A DNA stretch of 64,000 bases from an uncultured bacterium (lineage in GTDB: Bacteria > Krumholzibacteriota > Krumholzibacteriia > LZORAL124-64-63), in assembly GCA_963772145.1 (NCBI GenBank), contig CAVYVY010000011.1:67607-131606 (forward strand), written 5' to 3'. The notes below the pieces were generated by a model, which made no database searches, had not been told where the DNA came from, and saw nothing but the letters and a program-made list of their open reading frames with translations. This document shows positions 24,223-34,932 of the stretch, piece after piece. Position 1 is the stretch's first letter. Every line of letters begins with the position of its first letter. Position numbers and translations under genes: made by a program.

Positions 24223-26928
24223 TCAGGTCATCCGGTACTGGAACGTCCCCTGGTCCACGACCACCTCGACCCGCGAGAACGGCTCGCTCGCCGCGAGTCG
24301 TGTCAGGAACTCCACCGAGATCTGCGGCAGCAGCGTCTGCGTGAGGAGATGGTCGATGGCCCGGGCCCCGCTTTCCGCCTCGGTGCACCGCGCGGCGATC
24401 GTTTCGAGCAGATCTTCGCCGTAGACGAACTCGACGCGGTGGTTCTGCCGCACGCGGCGGGCGATCCGTTCGAGCTGCAGGCGGATGATGCGCCGCAGCG
24501 CCTCGCCGGCGATCGGGTAGTACGGCACGACAACCATGCCGCCCGAGCAGGGCGGCGGGGAACTGCCGCAGCAGCTCGGGGCGGATCGCCTCGGCCAGCC
24601 CCTCCGGCTCCGGGCAGGTCTCCGGGTCGGCGCACAGCTTCATGATCGTGTCCGATGCCGACGTTGGAGGTCAGCAGGATCACGGTGTTCTTGAAGTCGA
24701 TGTCGCGCCCTCGCCGTCCTCCAGCATGCCCTTGTCGAACACCTGGTAGAAGAGGTCCATGCACGTCGGGATGGGCCTTCTCCATCTCGTCCAGCAGGAC
24801 GACGCTGTAGGGCCGGCGGCGCACCGCCTCGGTCAGCACGCCGCCCTCGCCGTAGCCGACGTAGCCCGGCGGCGAGCCCATCAGGCTGGAGACCTTGTGC
24901 TCCTCCTGGAACTCGGACATGTTGATCGCGATCAGGTTGTGCTCGCCGCCGTAGAGCAGCTCGGCCAGCGCCAGGGCGGTCTCGGTCTTGCCCACGCCGC
25001 TGGGCCCGACCAGCAGGAACACGCCGATCGGCCTGCGCGGATCGGTCGAGGTTGGCGCGCGCGGTGCGGATCGCGCTGCGCGATCGCCTCCAGCGCGTGC
25101 GTCCTGGCCGATGACCCGCTGCTCGCAGGCGGTCCTGCGAGGTCGAGCACGGTCCGGATCTCGTCGGCCACCATGCGGCCGACCGGGATGCCGGTCCAGC
25201 CGGAGACCACCTCGGCGATGGCCTGGCGTCGACCTCGCAACCGGATCAGCGGCTGCTCGCCCTGGAGCTGCGCGCAGCTCGGCCGCGCAGCTTCGTCCAG
25301 CTCGGCGCGCAGCTTCGCCTGCTCGGCCTTGGTCGGCGGCTTCGGCGCCGTCGGCGCCCGCCTGGTCGGTCTCCCCGCTGCCAGCCGGGTGCGGCACGGC
25401 GCACGAGCCGGTCCGACCAGCTCCAGCTCCTGCTTCCAGCGCGCCTCCAGCGGCGACCAGGCGCGCCGCGGCTTCGGCCGCGCGTCCGCGGCGAGCTCGG
25501 CCAGCCGCTCCGCATGGTCGGCGCCCGGCGCGCTCTCGCGCTCGAGGATGCGCGTCTCGGTGTCGAGCGCGTCGATGCCGCCGGTGGCAGATCCTCGACC
25601 GGCGCCGGCGTGGCGCTGCTGGCCGATGGCCACCCGCGCGCAGGCCGTGTCGAGCACGCTGACCGCCTTGTCGGGCAGCTGGCGGGCCGGGATGTAGCGG
25701 TGCGACAGCCGCACCGCGCTCGACACCGCCTCGTCGAGGATGCGCACGCCGTGGTGCTTCTCCAGCGTCGGCGACAGGCCGCGCATCATCTCGACGGCCG
25801 CGCTTCTCGGTCGGCTCCTCGACCTTGACCACCTGGAAGCGCCGCGCCAGCGCGGCGTCCTTCTCGAAGTACTTCTTGTACTCCGCCCAGGTGGTGGCGG
25901 CGATGGTGCGCAGCTCGCCGCGCGCCAGGGCCGGCTTGAGCAGGTTGGCGGCGTCGCCCTGCCCCGCCTGGCCGCCGGCGCCGATCATGGTGTGCGCCTC
26001 GTCGATGAACAGGATGATCGGCTGCGGCGAGGCCTTCACTTCGTCGATCACCGGCTTGAGCCGGTTCTCGAACTCGCCCTTGACGCCGGCGCCGGCCTGC
26101 AGCAGGCCGAGGTCGAGCGTGCGCAGCGCCACGTCCTGCAGCGAGCGGCGGCACGTCGCCCGCCGCGATGCGCAGCGCGAACCCTTCGACGACCGCCGTC
26201 TTGCCCACGCCGGCCTCGCCGGTCAGGATCGGGTTGTTCTGGCGGCGGCGCGTGAGGATGTCGATGATCTGGCGGATTTCCGCGTCGCGCCCCAGCACCG
26301 GATCGACCCGGCCGGCCTGCGCTTCGGCCGTCAGGTCGATCGTGAACTGGTCGAGCGCCGGCGTGGCGGCGCCGGCGCCGGCGCCGCCCGCTCCGCCGCC
26401 CGGAGCGCCGCCGGCGACCGGCGCGCCCGCGCCGAGCGCGAACACCTCACGATCCTCGGGCGAACCGGCCACGATCATGGCCAGTTCGCGCTCGAGCACC
26501 TCCGTCTTGATGCGGCGCAGGTCGGGCGAGGCGTCCAGCAACCGGCGCTGCAGGTGGCGATCGTTGAGCGCCGCCAGCAGCAGGGCCCCCGAGCGCACCC
26601 TGGCCGTGCCGAGATTGATGGAGGAGAGCACCCACCCCTCCCGCATCACGTCTTCCAGGCTCGGCGCCAGCTGGGGCCGGCCGCCGTTGCCGGTCTTGTA
26701 CTGGTCGAGCGACTCGTCGAGGTCGCGCAGGAAGCGGTCGGGATCGATCTCGAAGCGCCGCAGGATCCGGTCGAAGTCGCCGCCGGTCCCCTCGCCCAGC
26801 TTCATGAACCAGTGCTCGAGCTCGACCTCGTAGTGGGTGCGGGACAGACAGAGCCCCGCCGCGCCCTCCAGCCCGCGCCGGGCGTTGTCCGTCAGCTTGC
26901 CGACCAGCGACTTCAGGTTCAGGCTCAC
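24223..26928 (-). CDS. clpV: T6SS AAA+ ATPase ClpV (TssH); reading frame changes at least ten times
   Basis: GTG 26928 lies after GAGGAGGAG. Conserved blocks are spread over all three frames. They are: [18 protein letters not shown] (Walker A1); [14 protein letters not shown] (Walker B1); [12 protein letters not shown]; WTGIPVGRM; RVIGQD / HALEAIAQR; [21 protein letters not shown] (Walker A2); [15 protein letters not shown] (Walker B2); [17 protein letters not shown]; and the C-terminal [14 protein letters not shown]... Confidence 0.85.
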
Positions 26929-26960
26929 GGGTCTCCTCCTCGCATCCGAATTCTTTGCGC

Positions 26961-28018
26961 TCAGGCCGCGGCGCCCTTCGGCGCCTGCGCGTCGATGAGG
27001 ACCTCCGCCGGCGCGTCCCGCGTCTGGGCCGTGAGCAGCCAGGTGGACCAGCCGAGCCACGGCGCGCCGTGCTCGTCGGCCACCCCCAGCCGCAGGCAGG
27101 GCACGGCCTCCGGGCGCAGCACGAGCTGCAGGTCGAAGTCGCAGCTCCGCGCCCGCGCCGAGCCGGACCATCTCGACCAGCGGCCGGAAGCCTCCGCCGG
27201 ACGGCAGGAGCTCCTGGAACGCCGGCCAGTCGAGCGGACCGAGCGCGCAGCCGGAAGCGCGCCTGCGCCACCTGGACCCGGCCGCCGAGCGTCAGGTCGC
27301 AGCCGAGCTGATGCGCGTGCCGGCCGAGCCGGCTCTGCTCCTCCTCCCCGATGACGTACCATTCGGGGACGAACTGTTCGACCGCGACCGGCACGCCGAA
27401 GTAGCCCTCCAGCAGATCCGTCAACGCCACGGCCGACACCCGGCCGCGCCGGAAGGCCGACGCCCGCGCCAGCAACAGGCGCGCGTCGAACGGCAGATCG
27501 CGCCACCGGGTCGGCGCGCCGAGCCCCAGCAGCGAGAGCAGGGCGCGCTCGAACACGCCCGGCCCGGCGTCGTCGCCCCGTTCGTAGGCGATCGGGAAGT
27601 GGTACTTGGCCCAGGCGCGGTAGAACAGCGAGATCAGGCGGTGGTTGAACAGATCGAGAAAGTCGCGCAGCGCCGTGTCGCGTTCCCGCAGACGGGAGAG
27701 CACGTACTCCGTATAGACCGTCGGCAGGCTGCCGAAACTGGCCGGGGTGGCCACGCCCATGAACGCCACGGTGAGCCGTGCCGGCCCTTCGGCGGTCGGG
27801 CGGGTCACCTCCCTGACGTCGCTGGGCGCAAACGCCAGCGAGACGTCGGAGGCGAAGCGGATCGCCTCGCGGCGCGGGTCGTCCCCTTCGCCGACCGGGA
27901 CGGACTCCGGAGCCGCCAGTTGCAGCAGTCGCACCGCCTGGAAGAACTCGAAGCGGTACCCGTGCGCGAACAGCAGTTCGCTCAGGTCAGCGTGATCTGT
28001 CCGGCGCGAGGCGGCCAC
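26961..28018 (-). CDS. tssG: T6SS baseplate protein TssG; two +1 insertions at about 27241 and 27141
   Basis: [10 protein letters not shown]...IRF....LAF and the later [16 protein letters not shown] are TssG hallmarks. By hand translation the reading RFRLRA|[33 protein letters not shown]|[19 protein letters not shown] crosses three frames. Confidence 0.8.
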
Positions 28019-29890
28019 CGCTTCATCACCCCTTCCTGCTGGCGCCCGACGGCCACCGTCTGGGTGAACGAGTTCACCGTCGTGTAGAGCCCGAAGAAAC
28101 GCTCCAGGACGGACGCGAAGAGGAACGCGCTGCTGCCGGCGTACCTGGTCTCGTCGAACTCCAGCGTGACCTCCAGGCCACGCACGAACAGGCGGCCGCC
28201 GCCGGTCGCCACGCGCCGCAGGGCGCGCTGCGCGCGCACGCCGACCAGGCCGGCGATGCGCTTGCGCGTCGCCTCGGAGTTGACGAAATCGAGCAGGGAG
28301 AGCAGTTCGCGCAGCGCGACCGGGTCGGCAGCGGGCGTCGCGGCCGGGGCGGCGTCCCCCTCCGCCGCCGCGTCCGCCATCGCCAGACCGGGCAGCGAGA
28401 GATGGTTCAGCTGCAGCAGCGACACCAGGCGCCAGTGCCCCTCGCGCTGCAGCGGCAGGCGCAGGGAGGGGGTCGGCTTGCGCAGCGCGCGGACGCGCGT
28501 CACGCCGGGCTGGCCCTCGATCTGGAAATCGCCCCGCGCGTCGCCCATCAGCAGGCCCGCCGGCACGTCGCGATTGCTGCAGACGGCGCGGACGAGCAGG
28601 GTCTCGGTCGGCAGCTCCTGCAGGGGACGCCCGTTGCGGTCCACCAGCATCAGGAAGAGGTCCGTGCCCGGATCGCCTTCCCGCGGCGACGGGCGCCGCG
28701 TGGCGGACCAGAAGGCCGGCTCACGACCGCGCGGATCACCGTGGCGAAGCGAGTAGAACGGCCGGTAGTTCTTGACCCCGCCGGTCCCGGGCTCCACGGA
28801 CTCCACCTCCCGCACGGCGATCACCTCGTAGGCGGCGGCAGCGTGCAGGTCGGGCAGGACCGCGTACTCCGACACGGCGTGCGTCAGACGGATCGGCTCG
28901 GCCTGATGGAGGAACAGGTTGACGGCGGGCGCGCAGCCGAGCCGCAGGCTCTCGGGGCCGAGCGCGCTGGCCAGGGCGAGCGGCGGCTGATCGAGCAGGA
29001 CCAGGAGCTCGAGGTCCGGCCCGCAGCCGGCGAGCACGTCCGGAGTGAGGCCGACCACGTCGACGAACAGGAATTTCTCGGGGAAGCAGAAGTAGTCCTG
29101 CAGCAGGCCGTAGCCGAGCTGCGAAGCGGGCGTGCTTTCCAGCAGCATCTCGTCCGGGCCGAAGCCGACCGGCTGCAACCGGTCGGGCGGCAGGAACCGG
29201 CCCGCCACGCGACGCCCGGCCGGCGTGGCCGGCGCGCCGGGCGCCTGGCCGTTCTGCACCAGCACACCCAGGGGGGAACGGAACAGCAGGCCGTAGAGCT
29301 GGTGTGCGATGTCGGACGGACCGTCCACGAAGAAGCGCAGGGAATCCAGCGGCAGCTGGGCGAAATTCTGCGCGCCGACCGTCCGCAACCGGATACGGAT
29401 CGCTCCCGCCGCCTCGGCAGGGGCGCCGGGATGACCGCGATCCAGGGCCAGAACGTCCACTCCGGCCACCTCGATCGGCCAGAGCGTGACCGGATAGCTC
29501 GTGCGGAACTTGCAGCGCACGCCGCCGACGGGACGGGTGTGCAGCAGGGAGTGGCGCGGCACCCGGATGCCGGTCGTCGCCTCGGCGCGGCTGGCGTCGG
29601 GCGTGAACTGCACGATGGTGAGCGACGGCACCGGGCGCCAGCAGCTGCGGGTAGAGCGCGCCGAGGAAGGCGTTGGTGATCTCGGGGAACTCGTCGTCCA
29701 GGCGCAGCTGCACGCGCGCCGTCAGCACCGCGAACGCCTCGATCAGGCGCTCGACGTGCGGATCCTCGCACCGGTCCGGCTCCAGGAGGAGCTGGCTGGC
29801 GATGCCGGGGTGCTTGGCGGCGAACTCCGCGGCCTGCCGCCGGATGAAGCGCAGTTCCCGTTCGTAGTACTGCAGCAGCTCGTCGGACAT
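27982..29890 (-). CDS. tssF: T6SS baseplate protein TssF; +1 frameshift near 29642
   Basis: The N-terminus MSDELLQYYERELRFIRRQAAEFAAKHPGIASQLLL...DPHVERLIEAFAVLTARVQLRLDDEFPEIT is classic TssF. After ...YPQLLAP it continues as VPSLTIVQFTP... in track ORF 27982..29631. Its ATG overlaps the tssE stop (ATGA). Confidence 0.85.
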
Positions 29891-30372
29891 CAATCCCCCG
29901 TCGTGACCTGGACCGCTCCGCTGGCCGTTTCGACGCTCGTGTCGAAGGAGATCGGCTCGCGCACCGGATCGACGTTGAGCAGTGCGTGGATGTTGAAGTG
30001 GAGACGCACGTGGGTGTCCTCGCGCGTGGTCACGTGCGCCACCTTGATGGAGCGCGGCAGCAGCCGGGGCTCGAACGTGCGCAGCGCCTCTTCGATCAGC
30101 GTGCAGATGCGCTGGCAATCCGTCGGGTTGCCGGAAAAGAGCGTCAGATCGGCCAGGCCGTAGGCGAGAATGGAGGTGCGCGCCTCGGGCAGGTCCGTCA
30201 GATCCAACAACGGCCGGCGCGAATTGAGCAGCCACTCGATGTCACGTCGCACCGACTGCTTCAGCTCCTCCACGCCGATGCGCAGATCGCGACGCCGACT
30301 GCCGCCCCCGATCGGCGCCAGCCGGTCGAGCACGGAGTGCCGCAAAATGTCTCCGGGTCGCGAATCCGACAT
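29890..30372 (-). CDS. tssE: T6SS baseplate protein TssE (gp25-like)
   Basis: 160 aa. SVRRDIEWLLNSRR...ILAYGL.D and FEPRL are GPW/gp25-family features. The position between tagJ and tssF also fits. Confidence 0.85.
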   Translation of the reverse strand: MSDSRPGDILRHSVLDRLAPIGGGSRRRDLRIGVEELKQSVRRDIEWLLNSRRPLLDLTDLPEARTSILAYGLADLTLFSGNPTDCQRICTLIEEALRTFEPRLLPRSIKVAHVTTREDTHVRLHFNIHALLNVDPVREPISFDTSVETASGAVQVTTGD

Positions 30373-30399
30373 CGCCGTCCCCCACGCCGTCGCCCGGCG

Positions 30400-31215
30400 C
30401 TAGGCGGCCGGGCCGAATTCCAGTGAGCGCACCGCGAGCAGGCCCGTTTCGCGCTCTTCCCCGTCACGACCCGCGCAGGCCAGCAGCCGCTGGCCCAGGC
30501 CGCGGTAGAACGGACCTTCGTCCTGCCAGTCGGTCTGCCGTCCCAGGCGGAGCTGTTCGTCGGGCGCCGCGGCCGACCCGGCGTAGAGCGCGGGCAGATG
30601 CACCGCGGCCGTCTCCCCGTCGCTCCCCTCCAGGCGGGCCGGCAGCCAGAGCAGGTCCAGCAGATGCCCCGGCTCATCGATCGTCAGCCGGCGGATCCGC
30701 TCGAACGGCAGCCAGAGGTAGCGACCGCCCGCGAAGACCTCGAGCACGGAGCCGAGCAGATCGTCCAGATCCCGCAGCCCCGCGAACTCGCGGCCGTCGA
30801 GCCGCCCGACCAGCGCGGGCTGCGCGGCGACCGCCGCCTCGAGGCGCCGGCCGGCCTCGACCGCGTCGCCGCCACGCCAGGCGATCAGAGCCGCCTGCCG
30901 CGCCACCGCGTGCGCCGGCGCGTCGGGGGGAAGCAGCGGCGCCTCCTCCCCGGCGAAGACCGCCACCCGGCGGCGTTCCGCCGCCAGCAGTCCGCCGTAG
31001 ACCCCCGCCGACGTGGTCAACTGGGGGTCCTGGTGGACCAGAACGTCAAGCTGGCGAGCGGCGCGGTCCCACTCGCCAGCGAAACAGAGCAGACCGAACA
31101 GCAGGTAACGGCCCCCCGCGTCGAGCGGCTGTGCCTTGACCATCGCCTGCTGCGCCGCGACCGCCTCGGCGAGGCGACCGGCCTGCAGCAGCGTCCGGGC
31201 GTCGGTCCCCGCCAT
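30400..31215 (-). CDS. tagJ: T6SS accessory protein TagJ (ImpE family)
   Basis: About 271 aa. It is collinear in pattern with P. aeruginosa TagJ1 as I recall it (LLQAGRLAEAV...; FAGGRYLWLPFERIRRLTIDEP..LLDLLWLPA; GLGQRLLA). It occupies the same slot between hcp and tssE. Confidence 0.7.
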   Translation of the reverse strand: MAGTDARTLLQAGRLAEAVAAQQAMVKAQPLDAGGRYLLFGLLCFAGEWDRAARQLDVLVHQDPQLTTSAGVYGGLLAAERRRVAVFAGEEAPLLPPDAPAHAVARQAALIAWRGGDAVEAGRRLEAAVAAQPALVGRLDGREFAGLRDLDDLLGSVLEVFAGGRYLWLPFERIRRLTIDEPGHLLDLLWLPARLEGSDGETAAVHLPALYAGSAAAPDEQLRLGRQTDWQDEGPFYRGLGQRLLACAGRDGEERETGLLAVRSLEFGPAA

Positions 31216-31238
31216 CACTCACCGCCTCGTTGCCGCCC

Positions 31239-31727
31239 CTACTTGGTGGCGTTGGTCTGCAGGTTCCAGGAGCCGGCCGTGTTGCCGCCGCCGCCGCCGC
31301 CCTCGCGCTTCTGGATCGTGTACTTCCACTCGATCTTGCCGTAGTTGAAGGCGACGGTCTCGATCGGCAGGCCCTGGCCCGACCCGCCCACGGCGACGCT
31401 CGAAATGATGGCGTTGGTCAGCTTGTACTCCATGTACTGCACCTGCCCGCCCCCGGTGGAGCGGCAGAGCGTGAGCAGGATCTCCTTCAGGTGCGTCCCC
31501 TCGCTGCACTTCTGGGCCAGGATGGGCGACGCCTTGTCGAGCTCCTTGCTGATCGTGAAATCGCCGTGCTCGCAGCGACCCACCGAGGCGCCGCCCGCGG
31601 TGCTGACCGCGGCGGCCGCCGGCTGGCTGACCCCGTGCGAGAACGACAGGACCTCGATCCAGTCCTTGAAATTGGTCGCGGTGCTCTCCCCAGGGATGCC
31701 GTCGATCTTCAGATACGCATCGGTCAT
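31239..31727 (-). CDS. hcp: T6SS tube protein Hcp (TssD)
   Basis: 162 aa from ATG 31727: MTDAYLKIDGIPGESTATNFKDWIEVLSFSHGVSQP...DFTISKELDKASPILAQKC..G...KEILLTLCR...QYMEYKLTNAIISSV. Confidence 0.9.
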   Translation of the reverse strand: MTDAYLKIDGIPGESTATNFKDWIEVLSFSHGVSQPAAAAVSTAGGASVGRCEHGDFTISKELDKASPILAQKCSEGTHLKEILLTLCRSTGGGQVQYMEYKLTNAIISSVAVGGSGQGLPIETVAFNYGKIEWKYTIQKREGGGGGGNTAGSWNLQTNATK

Positions 31728-31814
31728 GACGTTACGTCCTTTCGGCACGGCGGGCGCCCCTGTGACACCTCGCCCCCTCCATTACCGTGGACGGCGGGCC
31801 CGGCCCGCCGTCCC

Positions 31815-33311
31815 TTACTTCGCCGCCGCGGGCAGGTCCGCCACCAGCCGCAGCGAAACGTTCAGCTCCTCGAGCTGGAAATGCGGCCGCAGGTGCGCCA
31901 CGGCCCGGTAGCAGCCGGGCCGCGCCTTGTCCTCGACCACCTCGATGTTCGCCTCGCGCAGCGGGAACTTGGCCTTCTGCTCCTGCGTGGCGTCGTCCTG
32001 GTCGAGCACGTAGTGGCTGATCCAGTTGTTCAGGAACGTCTGCACCTGCGAACGCGACGCGAAGGCGCCGATCTTGTCCCGGCAGATCGCCTTCAGGTAG
32101 TGCGCGATGCGCGAGGTGGCCATCAGATACGGCAGGCGCCGCGACAGGTCCGAGTTGGCCGAGGCCGCCGCGTCCTGGTAGGTCTTGGGCCGCTGCGCGG
32201 TGTAGCCGCTGAAGAACGCCGCATAGTCGGTGTTCTTGCAGTTGACCAGGCCGATGAAGCCGAGGTCGGACAGCTCCTTGTCGCGCGTGTCGGGGATGAG
32301 CACCTCGGTCGGGCACTTGCTGCCGACGTCGCCCTCGCGCGTCTTGAAGACGTGGATCGGCAGCCCCTCGACCAGGCCGCCGCCCTCCGGTCCGCGGATC
32401 GCCACGCACCAGTGGTGACGGGAGAACGCCTCGGTCATGCGCCCCGCCATGGCGTAGGACGCATTGCTCCACAGGTACTTGTCATGCTCGGCCCCGTCCA
32501 CGTCCTCCTCGAAGTCGAAGGCGTCCACCGGCGTCGTGGCGCGCCCGTAGGGGAGGCGCGCGAGCGTGTGGGGCAGGGTCAGCGCCACGAAGCGGGCGTC
32601 CTCGGAGTCACGGAACGACAGCCACTTCGTGTTGTCGGGATTGCTCTTGTCGAAGATCTTGGCCAGGTCGCGCGGGTCGGGCAGCTGGGAGTAGCTCTCC
32701 AGGCCGAACATCTCCGCGCCGGCCGCCGAGATGAACGGCGCGTGCGCCGCGGCGGCGACGTGCGAGACGTTCTCCAGCAGCTCCATGTCCTGCGGACCCT
32801 TGCCGAACTCGTAGTCCCCCACGAGCAGGCCGTACGGGTCGCCGCCGTAGAGGCCGAACTCGTACTCGTAGACCTTCTTCCAGAGCGCGCTCTCGGTGAA
32901 TTCGGGCGCCGCCTGGAAGTCCCGCAGCAGGTCCTTCTTCGAGATGTTCAGCACCCGGATCTTGAGGGTCTCGCCGGTCTCGCTCTTGTGCACCATCTGG
33001 TGCAGCCCGCGCCACGACGCCTCGAGCTTCTGGAACGGCTCGGCGTGGATGATCTCGTTGAGCTGGCTGGAGATCAGCGCGTCGATGGCGGCGATGCGCT
33101 GGTTGACCGTCCGGCTGACCCCCTTGGCCACGACCGTGCCGGGATCGAGGAGCTGGCCGACGAGCGTCTTGATGAGCTGCTCGCCGTACTCCCGCGCGGT
33201 CTCGTCGCGCGGCTTGATGCCGGTGGCGAGGATCTCCTTCAGGACGTCCGCGCCGTCGAGCTGGACCAGCTCTTTGGTCGGAATCGGCTTCGATTTCCTG
33301 GACTCGGCCAT
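31815..33311 (-). CDS. tssC: T6SS contractile sheath large subunit TssC
   Basis: Intact 498-aa ORF. EASWRGLHQMV, PYGLLVGDYEF, APFISAAGAEMFG, LTLPHTLARLPYG and HWCVAIRGPEGGG are characteristic TssC/VipB blocks. Confidence 0.95.
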   Translation of the reverse strand: MAESRKSKPIPTKELVQLDGADVLKEILATGIKPRDETAREYGEQLIKTLVGQLLDPGTVVAKGVSRTVNQRIAAIDALISSQLNEIIHAEPFQKLEASWRGLHQMVHKSETGETLKIRVLNISKKDLLRDFQAAPEFTESALWKKVYEYEFGLYGGDPYGLLVGDYEFGKGPQDMELLENVSHVAAAAHAPFISAAGAEMFGLESYSQLPDPRDLAKIFDKSNPDNTKWLSFRDSEDARFVALTLPHTLARLPYGRATTPVDAFDFEEDVDGAEHDKYLWSNASYAMAGRMTEAFSRHHWCVAIRGPEGGGLVEGLPIHVFKTREGDVGSKCPTEVLIPDTRDKELSDLGFIGLVNCKNTDYAAFFSGYTAQRPKTYQDAAASANSDLSRRLPYLMATSRIAHYLKAICRDKIGAFASRSQVQTFLNNWISHYVLDQDDATQEQKAKFPLREANIEVVEDKARPGCYRAVAHLRPHFQLEELNVSLRLVADLPAAAK

Positions 33312-33312
33312 G

Positions 33313-33843
33313 TTACTTCGCCTCCCCGTCGCCGGCGTCGCCCGGCTGCCCGACGTCCAGCGCGCCCCGGAGCTTCTCGCGCAGTTCCTTGTTGTCCATG
33401 ATCGTCTCGAGCAGCTCCTCGAGCCGGTCGTTCCCCTCGGTCTTGCTCAACAGCGCCTTGAGCTGCGTGCGAATCTCGAGCAGATCGTTGAGCGGCTTCA
33501 CCTGCCGCACGACGTTCTCGGGCTGGAAGTCCGCCATCTTCTCGAAGTTCAGCTCCACCGACAGCTCACTGCCGTCGTCCGCCAGCTGATTCGGGACCTT
33601 GTAGGCGAGCCGCGGCTGCATGCTCTTGAGGACCGAATCGAAGTTGTCGGGATCGACATCGACGAACTTGCGATCCTTCGGCTTGGCCAGCGGGGTTTTC
33701 GGCTGCCCGGACAGGTCGGACATCACCCCCACGACGAAGGGCAGTTCCTTCATCGTCGGCACGCCGTTGAGCTCCACCTCGTAGGAGATGTGCACGCGCG
33801 GCGGCCGCACCCGCTCCTTCTTCTTGTAGATGCTCTCACCCAT
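33313..33843 (-). CDS. tssB: T6SS contractile sheath small subunit TssB
   Basis: Intact 176-aa ORF with GGGAGGAA upstream. RVHISYEVELNG..KELPFVVGVMSDLSG...FVDVDPDNFD is the TssB/VipA pattern. Confidence 0.95.
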   Translation of the reverse strand: MGESIYKKKERVRPPRVHISYEVELNGVPTMKELPFVVGVMSDLSGQPKTPLAKPKDRKFVDVDPDNFDSVLKSMQPRLAYKVPNQLADDGSELSVELNFEKMADFQPENVVRQVKPLNDLLEIRTQLKALLSKTEGNDRLEELLETIMDNKELREKLRGALDVGQPGDAGDGEAK

Positions 33844-33858
33844 CTTGGTTCCTCCCTC

Positions 33859-34932
33859 TCAGGCGTCTCCGGGTGGCTGCAGGCCCAGCAGGTCCTGCAC
33901 CTGACCCCGCACGTCCTCGTTCTTGACGAAATCCCTGAACAGCGACTCGAACGGCAGATCTCCCCACTTGACGGCGCGCTCGATCAGCAGCGCGACCGGG
34001 CTGTGCGGCTCGGTGCGACGCAGGAACTCGGCCACGACGCGCAACTGCCGGTAGGCCTGCTCGCGCGTGGCGATCGGGCCCGCGGCGCCCCCGCCCGCCG
34101 CCAGCGACGCCCCGGGCAACGCCCCGACCGTCGCCGCGGCCACGGCCCCGTCGTCCGGCTGCTCGCCGCCGCCGACCTGGTCCAGCTGCGCCTGGCACGC
34201 CTCGAGCAGATTGCGCAGGTCGAGCAGATGCGGCGCCTCGGGTCCGAACTTCGACTCGCAGGCATCGCCGAGAGCCGTCAGTTCGGCGGCGCAGGCCGCG
34301 ATCGCCTCACGCAGCGCCGCCAGCCGGGCGGGCGGCGTCCGGCCCAGCGCCGTGCGCCACTGCTCGCCGGTGATCAGGCCGGCGTCGATCAGCTCCTGGT
34401 ACTGCTGGCGGTCGGACCGCCGCCCCGCCTCTTCGACCCGGCGCGACTGCTCGAAGTCGAACAGGCTGCGCGGCGCGTCCCCCGGCGCTCCGGCCAGGGG
34501 GATCTGCCGGACCGCGGTCAGGAAGTCGCGCGAGGCGCCGAGCCAGGCCAGCGGCCGGGCCCGGATCGCCAGATCGATCCCCTCCTCATCGCACCCCGGA
34601 TAGAGGGCGTCCCAGTAGCGGTCGATCAGTTCGCGGATCAGCTTCAGGCCGGCGGCCAGCCCCGGAAACCCCTCCGTGCGCGCCAGCGCCAGGGTCAGCG
34701 TGGCGGCGAGCTCCAGGTCCTTGCTCCGCTCGCGCAGGGCGGCGCCGCACTCCCGCAGCACGGCCGGCCAGTCGGCGTTGCGGCCCTGCCCCTCGGGATC
34801 GGTCGTCGCGTCGACTTCCCGGCGCAGCTCCGCGAGGCGGCGGAAGGTGGTGTCGCCCGCGATCAGGCGCAGATCGACGCCGGTCGGACGCTCGGCAGAG
34901 ATGGGCTGAAGAAAACTCTCGATATCGACCAT
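33859..34932 (-). CDS. tssA: T6SS protein TssA (ImpA N-terminal domain family)
   Basis: From ATG 34932: MVDIESFLQPISAERPTGVDLRLIAGDTTFRRLAELRRE is the ImpA_N signature. It is the first gene of the structural operon. Confidence 0.8.
   Translation of the reverse strand: MVDIESFLQPISAERPTGVDLRLIAGDTTFRRLAELRREVDATTDPEGQGRNADWPAVLRECGAALRERSKDLELAATLTLALARTEGFPGLAAGLKLIRELIDRYWDALYPGCDEEGIDLAIRARPLAWLGASRDFLTAVRQIPLAGAPGDAPRSLFDFEQSRRVEEAGRRSDRQQYQELIDAGLITGEQWRTALGRTPPARLAALREAIAACAAELTALGDACESKFGPEAPHLLDLRNLLEACQAQLDQVGGGEQPDDGAVAAATVGALPGASLAAGGGAAGPIATREQAYRQLRVVAEFLRRTEPHSPVALLIERAVKWGDLPFESLFRDFVKNEDVRGQVQDLLGLQPPGDA

Larger units (their letters stand above)
13654..34932. other. Type VI secretion locus: two convergent operons (effector-loading operon on +, structural operon on -)
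   Basis: This is the sum of the individually recognised genes listed below. The boundaries are the PAAR start (13654) and the tssA start (34932). Confidence 0.85.
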
